NCBI GenBank assembly: GCA_028826165.1
Contig: JAPDFW010000078.1
Coordinates: 248,001-312,000, forward strand
Length of the DNA: 64,000 nucleotides
Direction: 5' to 3'
Source: Anaeramoeba ignava BMAN
Taxonomy: Eukaryota; Protista; Anaeramoebae
Position numbers and translations under genes: made by a program. Shown in pieces: positions 1 through 14,800 of the stretch (the stretch's first letter is position 1; each line of letters begins with the position of its first letter). The notes beneath the pieces are model-generated. The model did not search any database. It was not told the origin of the DNA and was given only the letters and a program-made list of their open reading frames with translations.

Positions 1-1070
1 AAATCAATTTTAAATCAATTTTTAAATTAATTTTTATATCAATTTTTTATATCAATTTTATATCAATTTTATATTAATTTTAAATCAATTTTTAAATCAA
101 TTTTATATCAATTTTATATCAATTTTAAATCAATTTTAAATCAATTTTAAATTAATTTTATATTAATTTTAAATCAATTTTAAATCAATTTTATATCAAT
201 TTTATATCAATTTTAAATCAATTTTAAATCAATTTTAAATCAATTTTAAATTAATTTTAAATCAATTTTATATCAATTTTATATCAATTTTAAATCAATT
301 TTAAATCAATTTTATATCAATTTTATATCAATTTTAAATAAATTTTAAATCAATTTTAAATCAATTTTATATCAATTTTATATCAATTTTAAATCAATTT
401 TAAATAAATTTTAAATCAATTTTAAATCAATTTTATATTAATTTTAAATCAATTTTAAATCAATTTTATATCAATTTTAAATCAATTTTAAATCAATTTT
501 TAAATCAATTTTAAATCAATTTTAAATCAATTTTTATATCAATTTTAAATTAAATTTTAAATCAATTTTAAATCAATTTTAAATCAATTTTAAATCAATT
601 TTATATCAATTTTAAATCAATTTTAAATCAATTTTATATAAATTTTATATCAATTTTAAATCAATTTTAAATCATTTTTAAATTAATTTTATATCAATTT
701 TAAATCAATTTTAAATCAATTTTAAATCAATTTTAAATCAATTTTAAATCAATTTTAAATCAATTTTAAATCAATTTTAAATCAATTTTATATCAATTTT
801 ATATTAATTTTATATCAATTTTAAATCAATTTTATATCAATTTTAAATCAATTTTAAATCAATTTTAAATCAATTTTAAATCAAATTTATATCAATTTTA
901 AATCAATTTTATATCAATTTTATATCAATTTTAAATCAATTTTAAATCAATTTTAAATCAAATTTAAACCAAATTTAAATCAATTTTATATCAATTTTAA
1001 ATCAATTTTATATTAATTTTATATAAAATTTTAAATAAATTGTAATTAAATTTTATATAAAATTTTAATT
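1..1070. repeat. Intronic satellite, ~11-bp unit TTTTAAATCAA/TTTTATATCAA
   Basis: Directly visible tandem repeat downstream of the LMBR1 donor at 1083. Confidence 0.9.
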
Positions 1071-1083
1071 TAAATAAATTTAC

Positions 1084-2254
1084 TTTCCAAATTAAAAATC
1101 TTGTTTGTAAACGTTTGATTGCATAAAAAGAACATATAAAAAAATAAGCACCAACTAAAATCAACACAATAAAATCTAAAGGGAAATGTTTACCCAAAAC
1201 AACCATCAATTTATCAAAAGGATTATTAGTAGGCTTTTCCAAAAGAAAACCACATTTTATCCCACATTTTGATTTCCAAATTTGTTCAATAATTGTGATC
1301 AAAAAGCAAATAATCAAAAATAAAGAAATAATTGCGAATAAAACACCAAAAACTCTTGAGAAAACTTTCAATTTATCACAACAAGTTATACAACAATTTT
1401 TTGATTTGGTTTCAATTTCCTTTGAATACAATTCAAGCCTTTCTTGCTCAGAAAGCAATTGCTGTTTTTGTTGTCTGTCTTTTTTCGAGACTTTCTTTCC
1501 CGAAATTGCATATTTTGTTTCCAAAGCTTGAATCCTTTCTGAAATTATTTTCTGTTGACCTGCAACATCCTCTTGTTGATATTTAATTTTCTTGTGGATA
1601 ATCATTGAAACCGGAAGAATAGAAATTCCATAACTAGTATATTTGATGAAATCAAAGTACGAAATAAAAAGAACACAAGCAATACTAAAAACAATTGCTG
1701 AATCTCCTTTATTTTCACTATCAAAAATTGATTTTGACCAACTTTCGTTTTTTTGTGGTGTTGATCCAATTTTGACAAACAATCCTATTAGAAATAAAAC
1801 CATAATCACTACAAACGTGATTGCTGTGTATAGTAAAGATGTAAGTATTCTTGATTTGTGCGATGTTTGTCCATCTCCTTTATCTTCAGAATAAAAATAT
1901 GCAAATGGTATTAATATAAACATGAATAATAATATTATCCCAAATAAAATATAATATCCATATTTCAACGAAGTGTGATCAAATGATTTGGATGTAAGTG
2001 AGTAAACATCAACTGGTAAAATCCAATAACACTTTTTTATTTTAATTTTTCAATTAGATTTTTTCAATTAAAATTTTTTGCTTTTTATTTTTAATTTACA
2101 AGAAGTGGGAGAACAAGTGAAAATGTTGCTATAAATGTTGAAAAACCATTTGATAATTTTTTTGAATTTGATAATATTTAATAAGAAAATAACAAATAAT
2201 AATTGAAAGTAAAGCAAAAATGCTAAAAAAAGTCCAAGCTAATCCTTTTATCAT
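1084..2254 (-). CDS. LMBR1-family membrane protein (LMBD1/lysosomal cobalamin transport escort-like), 3' partial
   Basis: ATG at 2254; exon 1 2254-2100, 68-nt GT-AG intron 2099-2032, exon 2 2031-1084. Motifs LPVDVY, LIPFAYFYSE, YTSYGISILP, CGIKCGFLL..NPFD, FPLDF are typical of LMBD1. GT donor at 1083 opens a repeat-filled intron running off the window start. Confidence 0.85.
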
Positions 2255-2334
2255 TTTCCTTTTTTTTTGTAAATTGTGTTTTTTTTTAAAAAAATGAAAA
2301 AAAAAATGAAAAAAAATGATTTTTGAAATTTTTT

Positions 2335-4572
2335 TTATTTTTCAAGTAATTGTTCATTTGTTAATCTTAATAATTTTTCTTGAAGTTTTGTTCTTTCCAT
2401 TGTTTCTTTTTCTAATTGCTTTTCCAAAGTTTTAACTTCATTTGTTAAAAAAGATAAAATTTGGATTAAATTTTCCCTAAAAATAAAAAAATTATTTTTT
2501 ATTATTAAAATAAAATTAAAAATTAAAATATTTTGTGAATAAAATTTACTTTGAAATATCTTGTTTGTGTTTGTGATAATAATCAGCAATTTCTTCAAGT
2601 TTTTCATTTGATTCTTGTGCTTGTTCTATACATAATTCCAATTCTGTTGATTCATTTTGTTCTGTTAATTTATTCAATTCATAATCACTTTTTTGATTAA
2701 AATTTTGATTTTCTTCTTTTTTTTCATCTTCAGTTAAAAATTGAGTATAATTAAAGGGAAATAAACCAACATTTCCTTTTAATTTACCAACCCACCAACC
2801 TGAAGAATGAGTTCTAATTAATTGAATAATCTTTCAAATTTTTGATTAAATTTTTGAATTAAATTTTTTGGAATTAAAATTTTTGAATTAAAATTTTTTA
2901 ATTAAAATACTTCTCCTTCCTCAAGTGATAATTGTTTCCATCCTTGTGGAACATAATTATGAATAGCTCTAACAAATTTTAATTCAGAATTATTATGACA
3001 AACCTTTATATAACAAAAAATAAAAATTTTTTCATTTAATTGAATTTAAATTTTCTTCTGAATTTTTTTTTTTACAAATATTTCTCCAAATTCTTGAATA
3101 AAAAATTCAATTAAACGATCTTGAAATTCTTGTTCTTTTTCCGTTTTGTTTTCTTGAGAAAATAAAATTTTACTAAAAATCTTCAAAAATTGAAATTAAA
3201 ATTTGAAATTAAAAAATTAAATAAAAAAATAATTTACTTTGCTAATAAATTCAACAGTAAAACGATTTGTTTTTAAAGTAATATATTCAAGAAATTCAAT
3301 TAAATATTTTAAAGTTTCATAAACTGGAAAAGATAATTTATCAAAGAAATCAATAAACCTTTGAATAAGTTCTTTTTTGTCATTTGCTAATTTAATAAAT
3401 TAATAAATTTATTTATTTTTTTTACAAAATTTTTTTTTAAAAAATACAAAGTTCTTCTTTAAATTCATCATAAAATTCATTAGTTAAAAGTGGAACAGGA
3501 AGTTCTTTAAAATAAGTTATTAATAATTCAATAATTAAATGAGGATTTTTAATTGATTCTAATTGGATTGATTTTACTAAAAAAATAATAAAAATAAATT
3601 TTAACATGAAATGAAATGATTGATTTTTTCTTTATATTTTACATCTATTAAGATCTGTGATTAATTCTTTAATTTCTTCTGGAAATGATTTTGTAAATAA
3701 TCCTTCAGTTTCAAGAACTTTTTTTTTGTTTTTAATTTAATTTTTAAAATTCTTTTTTTAAAATTCTTTTAAAATTTTTACTTTTGTTTTCATTTTCATT
3801 TGTTTTTAAAAATTCAATAATTTTTTCAATAATTTCTGGTATTAATTTCCCATCATTTCTTAATTTAATAACATCATTAATTAATGAACCAATAACTTTT
3901 CTAGAAGCTAAAAAAAAATTATAAATTAAAAAATTATAAATTAAAAAAATTAAACATTTTACCTTTTCTAATTTCTTTTTCAATAGAATTTATCCAATTT
4001 TCTTTTTCTTCTTGAGTTTTTGCTGATAAAGATAAACTTTGGTTTTTTTTTAATAAATTAATTAATAATTAAAAATTTTTGGAAAAATAAAATAGAATAA
4101 AAAAATCTACAAAGATTTTTCTTTTGTTTCTTGTTCTTTAGATTCTGGAAAAATCATAAATATTGTTGTATTTTTTGGATTTGGATCATTTTTAATTTCT
4201 GCATTTTTTAAAGAAATTTCAAAACAAGGAATTTCATCCTTTTTATTTTTTATTTTTTAATTTTAAATTCATTTTCTTTTTTGGTTTTTTTTTCTCTTAC
4301 AACTCTTGATTTAAAATAATATAAATATTCATCTTTTAAAATGAAAAATCTTTTTTTCCATCTTTTATGATTTCCTGACTTTTTTAGAAATTAAAAATTT
4401 AAATTTAAAAAAAAATATAAATATAATTTTTTCTTTTTTACTTGTTTTGCAAGAAAACCATATTTTAATGGAAGACCAATTGGATTATAAGTCTATTTTA
4501 ATTTAATTTAATTTAATTTAATTTTGAATTTAAATTCTTTTTTTTTTTTATAAATACAGAAATTGAATTCAT
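2335..4572 (-). CDS. Multi-exon PH + RhoGAP-like + SH3 + coiled-coil protein
   Basis: Manual splicing of ~12 short exons: PH (KYGFLAKQSGNHKRWKKRFFILKDEYLYYF...SAKTQEEKENWINSI), RhoGAP-like (IPEIIEKIIEFL, ETEGLF, YFKELPVPLL), SH3 (VRAIHNY...SGWWVGKLKGNVGLFPFNY), coiled-coil tail. Confidence 0.8.
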
Positions 4573-4772
4573 TTTAATTTTTGAAATAAAAAGAAATGAA
4601 AAAAAAATGAAAAAAATAATTTTGGATTTTATTTCTTTTTTTTTTTTGAGTTAAAAAAAAAGAGATGAAATATTCTTTTTGAAAAGGAAAAAGATTTGAT
4701 TTATTTTTTTGGATTGATTTGTGTTTTTTTTTTGTTTTTCTTTTAATGTTTTTTATTTTGAATTATTTTCTC

Positions 4773-7453
<2,681 letters not shown>

Positions 7454-7588
7454 TTTAATTAAATTAATTTTTAAAAGATTTTAATAAAATTTTTTAAGAA
7501 TTTATTATTTATTTTTTTAAAAAAAAGAAATGAAAAAAAATGAAAATTTATTTTTTATTTTTTATTTTTTTTTTTTTATTTTTCTCAA

Positions 7589-10500
7589 ATGTCAATTGAT
7601 AAAGCTTTTGTTACTGGACTTAAAAAAGCAGATGAAGAAATTGTTAAAGCATTTTGTGAAAGTGGAGCTGTTAATTTTGTTGATGTAAAATTTAAAATTA
7701 AAATTAAAAAACAAACAAAAATTAATTTATAAAATTATTTAGGAAGTAAAATTGTTTAAAATCAAATTGTTTTTAATTCAAACTTTTATTCATTTTTTTT
7801 ATAAAAAAAAGGATGTAAAAAATAAATAATTATTTCTTTTTAAAATTTGTTCTTTTTTATAAATAAATTCTTTATAAATTTAGAATAATACACCATTACA
7901 TTATGCTGTTATAAATAAAGCTGGTCCAGATATTGTTGGTTTATTAATTTCTTATGGAGCAAATGTTAATGCACAAAATGTAATTAATTTATTAAGAAAT
8001 TTATTTAGAAATTTATTTAAAAAATTCCATTTATTTTCTAGAAAGTAAATTTTAATTTTAATTTTAATTTTAATTTTAATTTTAATTTTAATTTTAATTT
8101 GAATTTTTATTTTTAATTTTAAATTGAATTTTAAATTTTAATTTTAATTTTAAATTTAAATTTTTATTTTAATTTTAATTTTAATTTTAATTTTAATTTT
8201 AATTTTAATTTTAATTTTAAATTTTAATTTTAATTTAAATTTTAATTTTAATTTTAATTTGAATTTTAAATTTTAATTTTAATTTTAATTTTAATTTTAA
8301 ATTTTAATTTTAATTTTAATTTTAATTTTAATTTTAATTTTAATTTAAATTTTTATTTTTAATTTTTTATTTTAATTTAAATTTTAATTTTGAATTTTAA
8401 TTTGAATTTTTATTTTAATTTAGATGGTAAATTTTTTTGTTATTAGTTTTAAAATAATTCTTTCATTATTGTGTGCTTTTTTATTATAAATTTAGTTGGA
8501 TACTCCTCTTCATTATGCATGTTGGATTCGTGCAGGATCTGTTGTTATTAAATCTTTATTATTTTCAGGTGCAGATATTACATTAAAAAATGTAAATAAT
8601 TTTTGCTTTTTTTAATTTCAAAAAAAAGTGGAATAAAAAATTATTTTTTGTTTTTGGTTTGTTTTTTTAGAAAGTAAAAAAAAATAATTATTTGAATAGA
8701 AATTGGAAAAAAAAAAAATAATAATAATAATAAAATAATCAAATTTTTTTAAATGATTTAGCATGTAAAATCAAATCAAAAATTAAATATAAAATTAAAT
8801 ATTAAATTTAATATAAAATTTAATATAAAATTAAATATAAAATTTAATATAAAATTTAATATAAAATTAAATATAAAATTAAATATAAAATTTAATCAAA
8901 AATTTAATCAAAAATTAAATATAAAATCAAATATAAAATTAAATATAAAATTAAATATAATATTTAATATAAAATTAAATATAATATTTAATATAAAATT
9001 AAATATAAAATTTAATATAATATTAAATATAAAATTTAATATAATATTAAATATAAAATTAAATATAATATTAAATATAATATTAAATATAAAATTATTT
9101 ATAAAATTAAATATAATATTAAATATAATATTAAATATAAAATTATTTATAAAATTAAATATTAAATCAAATATTAAATCAAATATAAAATTAAATATAT
9201 AAAATTAAATATAAAATTAAATATAATATTAAATATAGTATTTAATATAAAATCAAATATAAAATTTAATATAAAATTAAATATAAAATTTAATCAAAAA
9301 TTAAATATAAAATTAAATATAAAATTAAATATAAAATTTAATCAAAAATTAAATATAAAATTAAATATAATATCAAATATAAAATTAAATATAAAATCAA
9401 ATATAATATTTAATATAAAATTTAATATAATATTAAATATAATATTTAATATAAAATTAAATATAAAAATTAAATATAATATTAAATATAAAATTTAATA
9501 TAAAATTAAATATAAAATTATTTATAAAATTAAATATTAAATATAAAATTAAATATAAAATTAAATATAAAATTAAATATAATATTAAATATAAAATTAA
9601 ATATAAAATTAAATATAATATTAAATATAAAATTTAATATAAAATTTAATATAAAATTAAATCAAAAATTTAATCAAAAATTTAATCAAAAATTAAATAT
9701 AAAAATTAAATATAAAATTAAATATTAAATCAAATATAAAATCAAATATAAAATTTAATATAAAATTAAATATAAAATTAAATATAAAATTAAATATAAA
9801 ATCAAATATAAAATTAAATATAAAATTAAATATAAAATTAAATATAATATTAAATATAGTATTTAATATAAAATTTAATATAAAATTAAATATAAAATTA
9901 AATATAAAATTAAATATTAAATCAAATATAAAATTTAATATAAAAATATAAAATTTAATATAAAATTTAATATAAAAATATAAAATTTAATATAAAATTT
10001 AATATAAAATTTAATATAAAAATATAAAATTAAATGGAAAAAAAGAATGAAACACCAGTTGAAGCTGCAATTGATGGAGAAACAAAAGATATGATGAAAC
10101 TCTTTTCATTATTAATTCAAGATATGATAATTTTATACGAAAGTGGAGAAATGATAGATTTGACAATTCAATGTAAAGGAGGAACAGTAGAAGCACATAA
10201 ATTAGTAATAGAAATGAGAGGAAAAAACTGTTTTACTTTGAATGAATTCTTAGAATTTTGTATGGAATATTCACAAGAAGAAGTGAAACAATTACTAAGA
10301 TTTTTATACACAGGAATTCATTCATTTTCAACAAAAATTTTAACAGAATTCCAACAGAAATTAAAATTCACAAAAATTGGAAAGAAAAGTCTTCATCAAG
10401 ATTTTTTGAGATTATATAATGATGAAGAAACAAAAGATTTCTCGATAATTGTTGGTGATTATCAAATCAAAACACATAAACTTATTTTATTTGCTCGAAG

Positions 10501-10750
10501 TGAAATTTACCGAGCAATGTTTTCTTTTGTTAATGATCCTTCTCCTTTTGTTCATGATTATAGTGGAAAATCAAAGGAAGCTGTTTCGGCTTTTATTCGT
10601 TTTTTATACACTGATTCTTTGGAAAAAGATCTTTCTCTTCAAGTTGTTGATGAGCTTGAAGATGCTGCTGATTATTACCAACTTAGATCTAATGTTTTGT
10701 TTCAACATCAACTCAGAAAACTAAGAGAAAAATTTGATCAAGAAAAATAA
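7589..10750 (+). CDS. Ankyrin-repeat + tandem BTB/POZ protein with six 3-nt microexons
   Basis: Exons 7589-7684, 7743-7745, 7812-7814, 7884-7979, 8042-8044, 8424-8426, 8496-8591, 8671-8673, 8762-8764, 10046-10750; all introns GT-AG and phase 0. TPLHYA and GANVNA/GADIT ankyrin motifs; two BTBs (VEAHKLVI...LRFLYTG; KTHKLILFARS...FIRFLYTD). Confidence 0.85.
8770..10030. repeat. Intronic 12-bp satellite AAATATAAAATT
   Basis: Fills intron 8765-10045 of the ankyrin-BTB gene. Confidence 0.9.
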
Positions 10751-10759
10751 TTCAAATTT

Positions 10760-13700
10760 TTAATTAATTTTTAAATTTTGATTTTGATTTCGTTTTTGGA
10801 AATTATCTAAAAATTTAATCCCATTTTTTTGAATCAAAAAAGAATTTTTAAATTTCATTATTATTTCAACTATCATTTCTAAATCATTTCTATCCAAAAA
10901 ACTATCTAAATCAAAATCATCTTTAATTATCATTCCAAAAATTTCCATTAGTTTTTCTGAAAGAACTTCTTCTTGGAAATGATGCATTTGAAGAACCAAA
11001 GATTTAAAAAGGTTTTTGTTAATAAAGCGAGTTTTAAAAGTATTTGAATTTTGGAACAAACAAAGAATTAAATCTGAACATTTGATTGCAAAATTAGAAT
11101 CTGATTGATTTTGAAGAAAGGGAAGAACAAAAGAAGGAAGATCCAATTTCTGATAAGCAACATATCCGATAATCTTTTGTACATCTTCACTCGGATAGTT
11201 TCCATTTGTTTCTTTAATAAACCAATTGATAAAAAATGAGATGATTTGAAAAAAATTTCCAACAATATCAAAATCATCTTGAAAAACCACAACCTTTTCA
11301 GACAATAAAAATAGCAAATTGAGCCATTGAGATTTGGAGGAAGTTTCTTGTTCGTTGAGAATCAAGTTTGGTTCAAAATAATCTTGGACTTCCCCAAAGA
11401 CATCTAAAGGCTTCAATCCAGAAAATAAAACAACAAATCGAAAAACTAGCAAAATTATATCCTTTGATTTCGAGGAAATGAACAAGGAAATGAATTTCGG
11501 AAAGTCCTTCATCTGGATGGAGTTCGGAATGTAAAGAATCAATTTCAGGATTTCCTTCTGGATGTCTTCATTACGAATGTAGTCTTTGGCTCCAAAAAAA
11601 AGAGCTTCCAAATGTTGTTTATTGCAAAATGTCTTGATATCGCTCACCACAGAACTTTTGTTGTGTCCTGTTTGGTTGTTTAATTCAAGCAAAGTGTTGA
11701 GAATAGAAAGAGATAGGAAGATTAATTCGATGCTATTTTGTTCGAGAATTACTTCCTTGTTTTGCACAATGTCAAATATAAAGGGGAACGCAAATGATGA
11801 TATTTTGTGAAAAAATTCGAAATTGGGATTTTGTTCGAGAAATCTTGATTGAGAAAGAATAAACCCAAGAATAAAAATCCGCATTTGTTCGTATTTCGGA
11901 TCTGTATAACTTATCTGCTGAATTGTTGATACTATTACATCCCATTGATCAGTTTGGTCTGATAAGCACTGTATTTTCCTCAACAAGGAAAAGAATTTTA
12001 TTTGGAGATCAAAATTTTCGTGTATTCTTTCCTTTATTTCTGGGAAAATCATAAGAATACTGTCGGGATTGGTTTTCTCTATAATTTGGATGATCTTATT
12101 GAGGATGGAATCAACTAATTCATTTTCTACTGATTTTTTTGTTTCAGTGATTATTTTTTGGATAAATTCCTTTTGACTAAAAAATAAAGCGATTCTTCCA
12201 AAATCTTCATTTCCAATCAAAAAAAGAATCGCACCCAAAATATGATTTAAAGCAGAAACATAGCTCATTTTAGAAGAAAAGAAATGGGAAATGAAGGGGA
12301 TTATTTTGGAAGTAAATTTGGAATCTTCTGAGTTATTTTGTGCGAGAATTGACAGCAGATCAGCATAAATTTCCACAATTTGATTTGGAATAATTTCCGT
12401 ATTGATTATTATTTGAGATGAGTTGATCCAAAACTGATAATTATTTGGGCTGATTTTCAGTGTTGATTTATACAATAGAAAAGGAAGGTAAAAATCGTTT
12501 ATATTTTCTGTTGATTTGAGATGATTTTCTAAATAACGATCCAATACTCTTATAATTTCTCCTGTTTTTTGAGAGAAACCTGTTGGTATTTCTTGTTGGG
12601 AAAATTGTTTCTCATAAATCAAAAATAGACAAGTCAAAGATTTCTTGAAAATTGAGTTGATTTCTAAATCAGAAGAGATCATCCTGAAAATCAAGGGTTC
12701 AAGAACCGATGATGATATGCTTGAGAAATTAGGACTTGTTAATAATCTGGAAAAAATATCAAGCATTTTCTCTATTGTTGGAATAAAATTAGGGTTTTTA
12801 TGGGAATCATTCCCCAATTTTTGCTCGAATATTTCAACTAATAATTCAACCAAATTGGGATTTTTATGATTTACTAGTTTTGAATTGAATTGCGTTTGGG
12901 TTGATAGGAAAATGATATCCAAAGATTGCGAAAGAACAGAATCAACATCTTTGTTTTGAGACAAAACAACTTTAACAATATTGAGAATTAGAGATATAGT
13001 TGAGAATTGGAAATCAAATTTGGAAAATAGTGAGTATGCAATTTGGAGAAGATGGTGGTGAATGTAGGTTTGAATGGAGTTTGAATTGTTGTTTTGTGTT
13101 GTGCGTGCCTCTTTATATTGAGCAGACAATAGGAAAAAGTTGAGCATCTCAAGGGTTTTTGGCAAAAAAAAAGAATTTGGATTTGTAATCAGTTGATATC
13201 TGATTTCAGGCAAAATATTCAATAAAATTATAGTGTTATTGGGATGCTCTTTGAGTAATTCAAAAAGAAAATATTCAAATTTGTCAATGAATGAGTCGAG
13301 ACTAATTGATTTTGATACAAAAGAAAGGAACTGAGCAAAAAGTTGAGAAATGTTGCGGAATTTGAAGTATGATTTAAAATGTTCGAGAAACGGAAACAGC
13401 TCTTGAACATCGTGATCTTTCCAGTGATCAGTGAGAAAAGACTTGTTTTGCAAAAAAATCAAGAGTATTTTCTTGTAAATGGATTGGATTTTAAACAACG
13501 AAGGATGTTTGACAATGTGATTATAAAGAGTTGCATTTTCGTTGTTGTCAAAACAGTTGCATAAAGACAAACAACTGAATCCAACTTTTTGGATCAGTTT
13601 GATTTTTTGGAAATGAGTAATTAGGTTCAGAATGATGATTTGCCGAGTCAAGGAAAGCAAATCAGTCTTTTCAACAGAAATTTCATCAGGAGAGTTCCTG

Positions 13701-14502
13701 AGATACTTTTCTAGTTTGTAGACCAAATTCAAAAATGAGCATGTGATCGATAGATATTTCTTATCCAAAATATGAGACTCAAATTCGTCGAACAATTTCT
13801 CAACGAAATAGAAGCCGTTTTGTGATTCAAAACTAGATATATGCTGTTTTGTTGTGAGAATAAAGGAAAGTAGATCCAAAACGGAAGAAAGAAAAACCAC
13901 AGGGAAAAATCTCATGCTGGAAATTAAAATGAAAATGACTTTTCGACCAAGATTGATGTTGATAATGGATTTATTCTCAGTGAAAACTTTATATAAAACG
14001 CGGTAAAGACGCGCGTAATCTTCAGCAAAATGGCAATTTTCAAGATATTCAATGATGGAAATTTCAATGTTTATTGAGTTCATTGGAAAGTTTTCGATTT
14101 CTTTTCTAGTTCGTGCGCGTATTTGTTGAGATTTTAAAAACTCTTCCAAAAAATTAATTTGATTTGTTGATATTTGTTGGATTGATTCAATTTGTTCGTT
14201 TGTTAGTTTGAGTCGTGAAAGCAAAATGAGTATCATTTTCAATATTCTTTTAGGAATTGTTGATTTTTTTTCAAATTCCATAAAAATACTATTAAAATCG
14301 TTGAATTGAATGTTTGAATCCAAAGGAAGTGTTGATATGATTATGTTAATCATGTCTAAGAGAGATTTTGGGATTTGGTTTTCATTTTGGAGATGAGAGA
14401 ATATTTGAGAGTTAAGTTTGTGAGGTGATTTTGTTGGGAGAAAGTTAAGATGAGTTTTTGAGAAAGGGTTTGAATAAATTCATTTTGATTTTGATTTTCC
14501 AT
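10760..14502 (-). CDS. Large alpha-helical (ARM/HEAT-like) protein of unknown function
   Basis: 1197-aa intronless ORF rich in L/I/F helices. Likely true ATG at 14502 (MENQNQNEF), joined by a probable 1-nt frameshift near 14480. Confidence 0.6.
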
Positions 14503-14800
14503 TTGAAAAAAAAAGAAAAAAATGAAAAAAAGAAAAAAATGAAAAATGAAAAAAAAATTTGAAAAGAAAAAAGTGGAATAAAAAAAATTATTTTTTTCCA
14601 TTTTTATTTTTATTTACAAGAAAGAAAGAAAAAGAAATTTGTTTTGATTTTGTTTTGATTTTTAGAAATAAAATTGTTTTGTTTTTTTTTTTTGTATTTT
14701 CTGTATTTTTAATTTTGTATTAATCAATTCACAAACTTTTTTGAAAAAAAAAGAAAGGAAAAGAAAAGAAAAAGAAAAAGAAAAAGAAAGAGAAGAAAAA

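Noticed and set aside
10034-10045. ATG at 10034 as the start of a standalone BTB gene
   Set aside because: An AG acceptor at 10045 joins in frame to the upstream ankyrin exons, and NETPVEAA continues the ankyrin pattern
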